Below, piece after piece: positions 35,952 to 38,845 of a stretch of DNA of 38,845 nucleotides. This stretch comes from a bacterium (GTDB taxonomy: Bacteria; Patescibacteriota; Saccharimonadia; Saccharimonadales; Saccharimonadaceae), in the NCBI GenBank assembly GCA_021780305.1, contig JAJXYZ010000042.1, positions 1 through 38,845 of the forward strand, written 5' to 3'. The notes beneath the pieces were generated by a model, which worked only from the letters and a program-made list of their open reading frames with translations, ran no database searches and had not been told where the DNA came from. Both the position numbers and the translations under genes were made by a program. The first letter of the stretch is position 1; each line of letters begins with the position of its first letter.

Positions 35952-37402
35952 TGCTTACGCCTGAAATGCTCGAAAAATACGACATGACGATTGGTATTGA
36001 GTGTCATGTGCAGTTGGCGACGCTGACTAAATTGTTTAGTGGTGCTGATAACGATGCGCGCCAACAAGAGCCGAATACAGTTGTTAATCCAATTGACTTT
36101 GGTCTACCGGGTATGTTGCCGGTCTTAAATCACGAAGCTATTAATCTGGCTATTAAAGCCGGCAAGGCACTCGGCAGCGAAATTGCCAGAGTTAGTCGAT
36201 TTGATCGCAAACATTATTTTTATCCAGACTTGCCGAAAGGCTACCAGACGACTCAGATGTATCAACCAATTATAATTGGTGGTTTAGTTGAGGCGCCGCT
36301 TGAAGATGGTGGAGTTGTTAAAGTTCATTTGCATCACGCCCACCTGGAAGAAGATGCTGGCAAACTGACGCACAACTCAACTTATAGCTTGGTTGATCTT
36401 AATCGAGCAGGTACGCCACTAATTGAAATTGTGTCTGAGCCAGATATGCATAGTGCGGCCGAGGCGAAAGCTTACGCTACCGAACTTTATCGATTAATGA
36501 CTTATGCTGGTGTGACGCATGGTGATCTGTATCACGGCAATATGCGCTTTGACGTTAACATATCAATTGCCCTAAAAGGTGCGACCGAACTTGGCACACG
36601 AGCCGAAGTTAAAAACCTAAACTCGTTTAGAAGTGTTGAACGAGCGGCTGATTACGAATTTAGGCGTCAAGTGGAGCGACTTGAAAGTGGTGAGCGGATT
36701 GTTCAGGAAACTCGCGGCTGGGACGAAGCTAAACAAAAAACGACTAGCCAACGTAGTAAAGAGGACGCGCAGGACTATCGTTACATGCCCGACGCTGATA
36801 TTCCACCAATTGTTTTAACTGAGGATGAAATCGAGCGGGTTCAGGCAACGCTACCGGCTTTACCGTCGTTTTATCGAAATGCTTGGCAACCGCTTGGCCT
36901 CGATAGCACAGTGGTTAATGCGCTACTGGCTTCAAAGCAATTAGCTGAGGGTATTCAAGCGTTGTATGAAAAAGGTGGTGAAAGTGTAGCTAGACGTAAC
37001 GCGCAGTGGTTTATTAGCACGCTCGGATCTGATATTAATGAGTCAGCGATTGATTCACTACACTTATCGCCCGATCGCTTTATTGAACTTGCCAAAATGG
37101 TTGACGATAATCAATTATCAAGCACCGCGGCTAAGGCGGTTTTTGCCGAGCTACTGGCGGGCGATAAAAATCCAAAACAAATTGCTGAGGATTTAAACCT
37201 TCTACAGGTAAGCGATGAAGACTCGATTGCTAGTATTGTCGACGAAGTCCTAACAGACCCAGCTTCGGCTAAGGCGGTTGAAGATTTACGTAGCGGCAAC
37301 GATAAAGTAATCGGCTTTTTAGTTGGTCAAGTTATGAAAAAATCACAGGGCAAGGCCAATCCGGCATTGGCTCAGGATTTGATTCGGAAAAAAGTGCTTT
37401 AA
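35951..37402 (+). CDS. gatB: Asp/Glu-tRNA amidotransferase subunit B
   Basis: IGIECHVQL, FDRKHYFYPDLPKGYQ, EEDAGK, NRAGTPLIEIV, EVKNLNS, DYRY, GQVMK. Confidence 0.97.
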   Translation: MLTPEMLEKYDMTIGIECHVQLATLTKLFSGADNDARQQEPNTVVNPIDFGLPGMLPVLNHEAINLAIKAGKALGSEIARVSRFDRKHYFYPDLPKGYQTTQMYQPIIIGGLVEAPLEDGGVVKVHLHHAHLEEDAGKLTHNSTYSLVDLNRAGTPLIEIVSEPDMHSAAEAKAYATELYRLMTYAGVTHGDLYHGNMRFDVNISIALKGATELGTRAEVKNLNSFRSVERAADYEFRRQVERLESGERIVQETRGWDEAKQKTTSQRSKEDAQDYRYMPDADIPPIVLTEDEIERVQATLPALPSFYRNAWQPLGLDSTVVNALLASKQLAEGIQALYEKGGESVARRNAQWFISTLGSDINESAIDSLHLSPDRFIELAKMVDDNQLSSTAAKAVFAELLAGDKNPKQIAEDLNLLQVSDEDSIASIVDEVLTDPASAKAVEDLRSGNDKVIGFLVGQVMKKSQGKANPALAQDLIRKKVL

Positions 37403-37403
37403 T

Positions 37404-38279
37404 ATGCGGCAACCAACCAAGGCTATTATCTGTGCGGCTGGACTTGGCACGAGATTTTTGCCACAAACTAAGGCAATGCCGAAGGAGATGTTGCCGATTA
37501 TTGATAAGCCCGTCATTCAATTGATAGTCGAGCAAGCCGTCGCTGCAGGTGTAACCGATATTATAATTGTAACTGGTAGTACGAAACGCGCGATTGAAGA
37601 TCATTTTGATCGAAGTGATGAGTTGGAGCGTGAACTCCGTGAAAAAGGCAAGAATGAGAAAGCTGATCAAATTGAATCGATTGCGAACCTAGCAAACTTT
37701 GTGTATGTTCGTCAAAAAGGTTCGCCGAAGGGTAATGCTCGTCCAATTCTTAACGCCATGCACTTAATTGATAGTGATGAGCCGTTTTTTGTATTTTTCG
37801 CTGATGACTTTTTTAGATCAAGCGTGCCATGGCCAATTCAACTTAAGGAAGCTTATGCTCGAACAGGTAAATCGGTCATTTCATTGATTGAGGTTGATAA
37901 AAAGGATGCCGATAAGTACGGTATGGTTCAGATTGGCGTTAAGGAATCGGATCGAGTATTTAAGTTAGATGGTATCGTTGAAAAACCAGGTGAAGCGAAT
38001 TCGCCATCAAACTTTGCGTCAGTCGGAAGCTACTTATTGACGCCCGATATCTTGCCAATTATTGCTCAGGAAAAAGTTGGCATCGGTGGCGAGATGACGT
38101 TAGCCGATAGTTTAAACGAGTTAGCTATAAATGATACGGTCTATGGATGCTTTATTGACGGTATTTGGCATGATACTGGTAACCAACTCAAGTACCTTAT
38201 TGCAGTGGTTGACCATGCACTCGAAAGTGATGAGTACGGTGAAGACCTAAAAAAATACCTGATGAAACGCTTAAGCTAA
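37404..38279 (+). CDS. galU: UTP--glucose-1-phosphate uridylyltransferase
   Basis: AAGLGTRFLP.TKAMPKEMLP, EDHFD, VEKP. Confidence 0.92.
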   Translation: MRQPTKAIICAAGLGTRFLPQTKAMPKEMLPIIDKPVIQLIVEQAVAAGVTDIIIVTGSTKRAIEDHFDRSDELERELREKGKNEKADQIESIANLANFVYVRQKGSPKGNARPILNAMHLIDSDEPFFVFFADDFFRSSVPWPIQLKEAYARTGKSVISLIEVDKKDADKYGMVQIGVKESDRVFKLDGIVEKPGEANSPSNFASVGSYLLTPDILPIIAQEKVGIGGEMTLADSLNELAINDTVYGCFIDGIWHDTGNQLKYLIAVVDHALESDEYGEDLKKYLMKRLS

Positions 38280-38344
38280 CATTGTTTAAAGGTGCAATTC
38301 GTGCTATAGTAACAAAAGACAAACAGTAAAAAAGGAGAATCCTA

Positions 38345-38602
38345 GTGAGTCCCGCAGCTGAAATCCTTGTCATTATTTTATCGATTTTTCTAGCGTTCTT
38401 CTTGGCGCTAGGTATAACTTTAGCGATATACTTAATTAAACTAACGCGCGATATTCGTGAGGTAACCAAGACGGCCGGCCGAACGGTTAGCAACCTTGAG
38501 GCAGCAATCGGCGGTGTTTCTAGAATGGTCCAACCGTTATTTTTGTTAGAGTTGGCCACGAAGTTCATGAAACGATTTAAAAATTCCAAGAGGAGGAAAT
38601 AG
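38345..38602 (+). CDS. small membrane protein, YtxG/DUF948-like
   Basis: AAGGAG SD, GTG start, N-terminal TM plus amphipathic helix, directly upstream of a YtxH-like gene. Confidence 0.7.
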   Translation: MSPAAEILVIILSIFLAFFLALGITLAIYLIKLTRDIREVTKTAGRTVSNLEAAIGGVSRMVQPLFLLELATKFMKRFKNSKRRK

Positions 38603-38603
38603 T

Positions 38604-38845
38604 ATGTCAAAAGGTAAATTTGCAGCAGGAACAATTTTCGGAGCACTTATCGGCCTAGCTGCTGGTGTTTTAACAGCTCCAAAGAGCGGTAAAGAAACTC
38701 GTGCTGATCTTAAAATGAAGGCTGAGGACATGAAGAATAAAGCAACCGATGTTATGGATGATGTTAAAGACACGGCTACTAAAACTGCCAGTGACATCAA
38801 AAATAAAGCGACTGATGTTGTTGAAGACGTTAAAGATAATGCGAT
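38604..38845 (+). CDS. YtxH-domain protein (partial, runs off window end)
   Basis: My translation MSKGKFAAGTIFGALIGLAAGVLTAPKSGKETRADLK... carries the YtxH signature APKSGKETR; GAGGAGG SD; absent from the ORF track because no stop is in the window. Confidence 0.85.
   Translation, partial: MSKGKFAAGTIFGALIGLAAGVLTAPKSGKETRADLKMKAEDMKNKATDVMDDVKDTATKTASDIKNKATDVVEDVKDNA

Noticed and set aside
35420..38800. Antisense ORFs 35420-35845, 37332-37670, 38197-38646 and 38546-38800
   Set aside because: They lie opposite well-supported genes and show no family motifs.
1..38845. CRISPR arrays, tRNA/rRNA genes, IS elements, prophage, alternative genetic code
   Set aside because: No spaced direct repeats, cloverleafs, transposase, integrase or phage genes seen by eye; TGA acts as stop (for example pheS and LOG).

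Overview
Gene-dense bacterial chromosome segment of about 44 CDSs, mostly housekeeping, in standard code 11 (TGA used as stop). Gene content and style suggest a Patescibacteria/CPR genome, probably Candidatus Saccharibacteria (inference, no search run). In order: ArsP-type permease, DUF2207 protein, Erm-like rRNA methyltransferase; an envelope/redox block bracketed by two Crp/Fnr regulators (PspC, LiaF-like, VKOR, DHODH) followed by a PAP2 phosphatase; rmuC, aquaporin, pheST, FKBP, trxB, phospholipase D, ppa, YfiH-like, a short Rel, gap; a transaldolase-free pentose operon (rpiB-rpe-tktN-tktC-fba-pfkB-pfkB-LOG); uvrB, a DEAD-box helicase with a long structured leader, gatC-gatA-(HEPN-like)-gatB, galU and ytxG/ytxH-like genes. 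I saw no rRNA, tRNA, CRISPR array or transposase. Most interesting: (1) the pentose operon could form a nucleotide-ribose catabolic route through sedoheptulose-1,7-bisphosphate; (2) a VKOR coupled to a class-2-like DHODH with a class-1 catalytic Cys; (3) a CRP box at the class II position (-41.5) upstream of an unannotated 12-codon ORF and two small genes; (4) about ten apparently leaderless genes; (5) a self-contained GC-rich orphan cassette between gap and rpiB.
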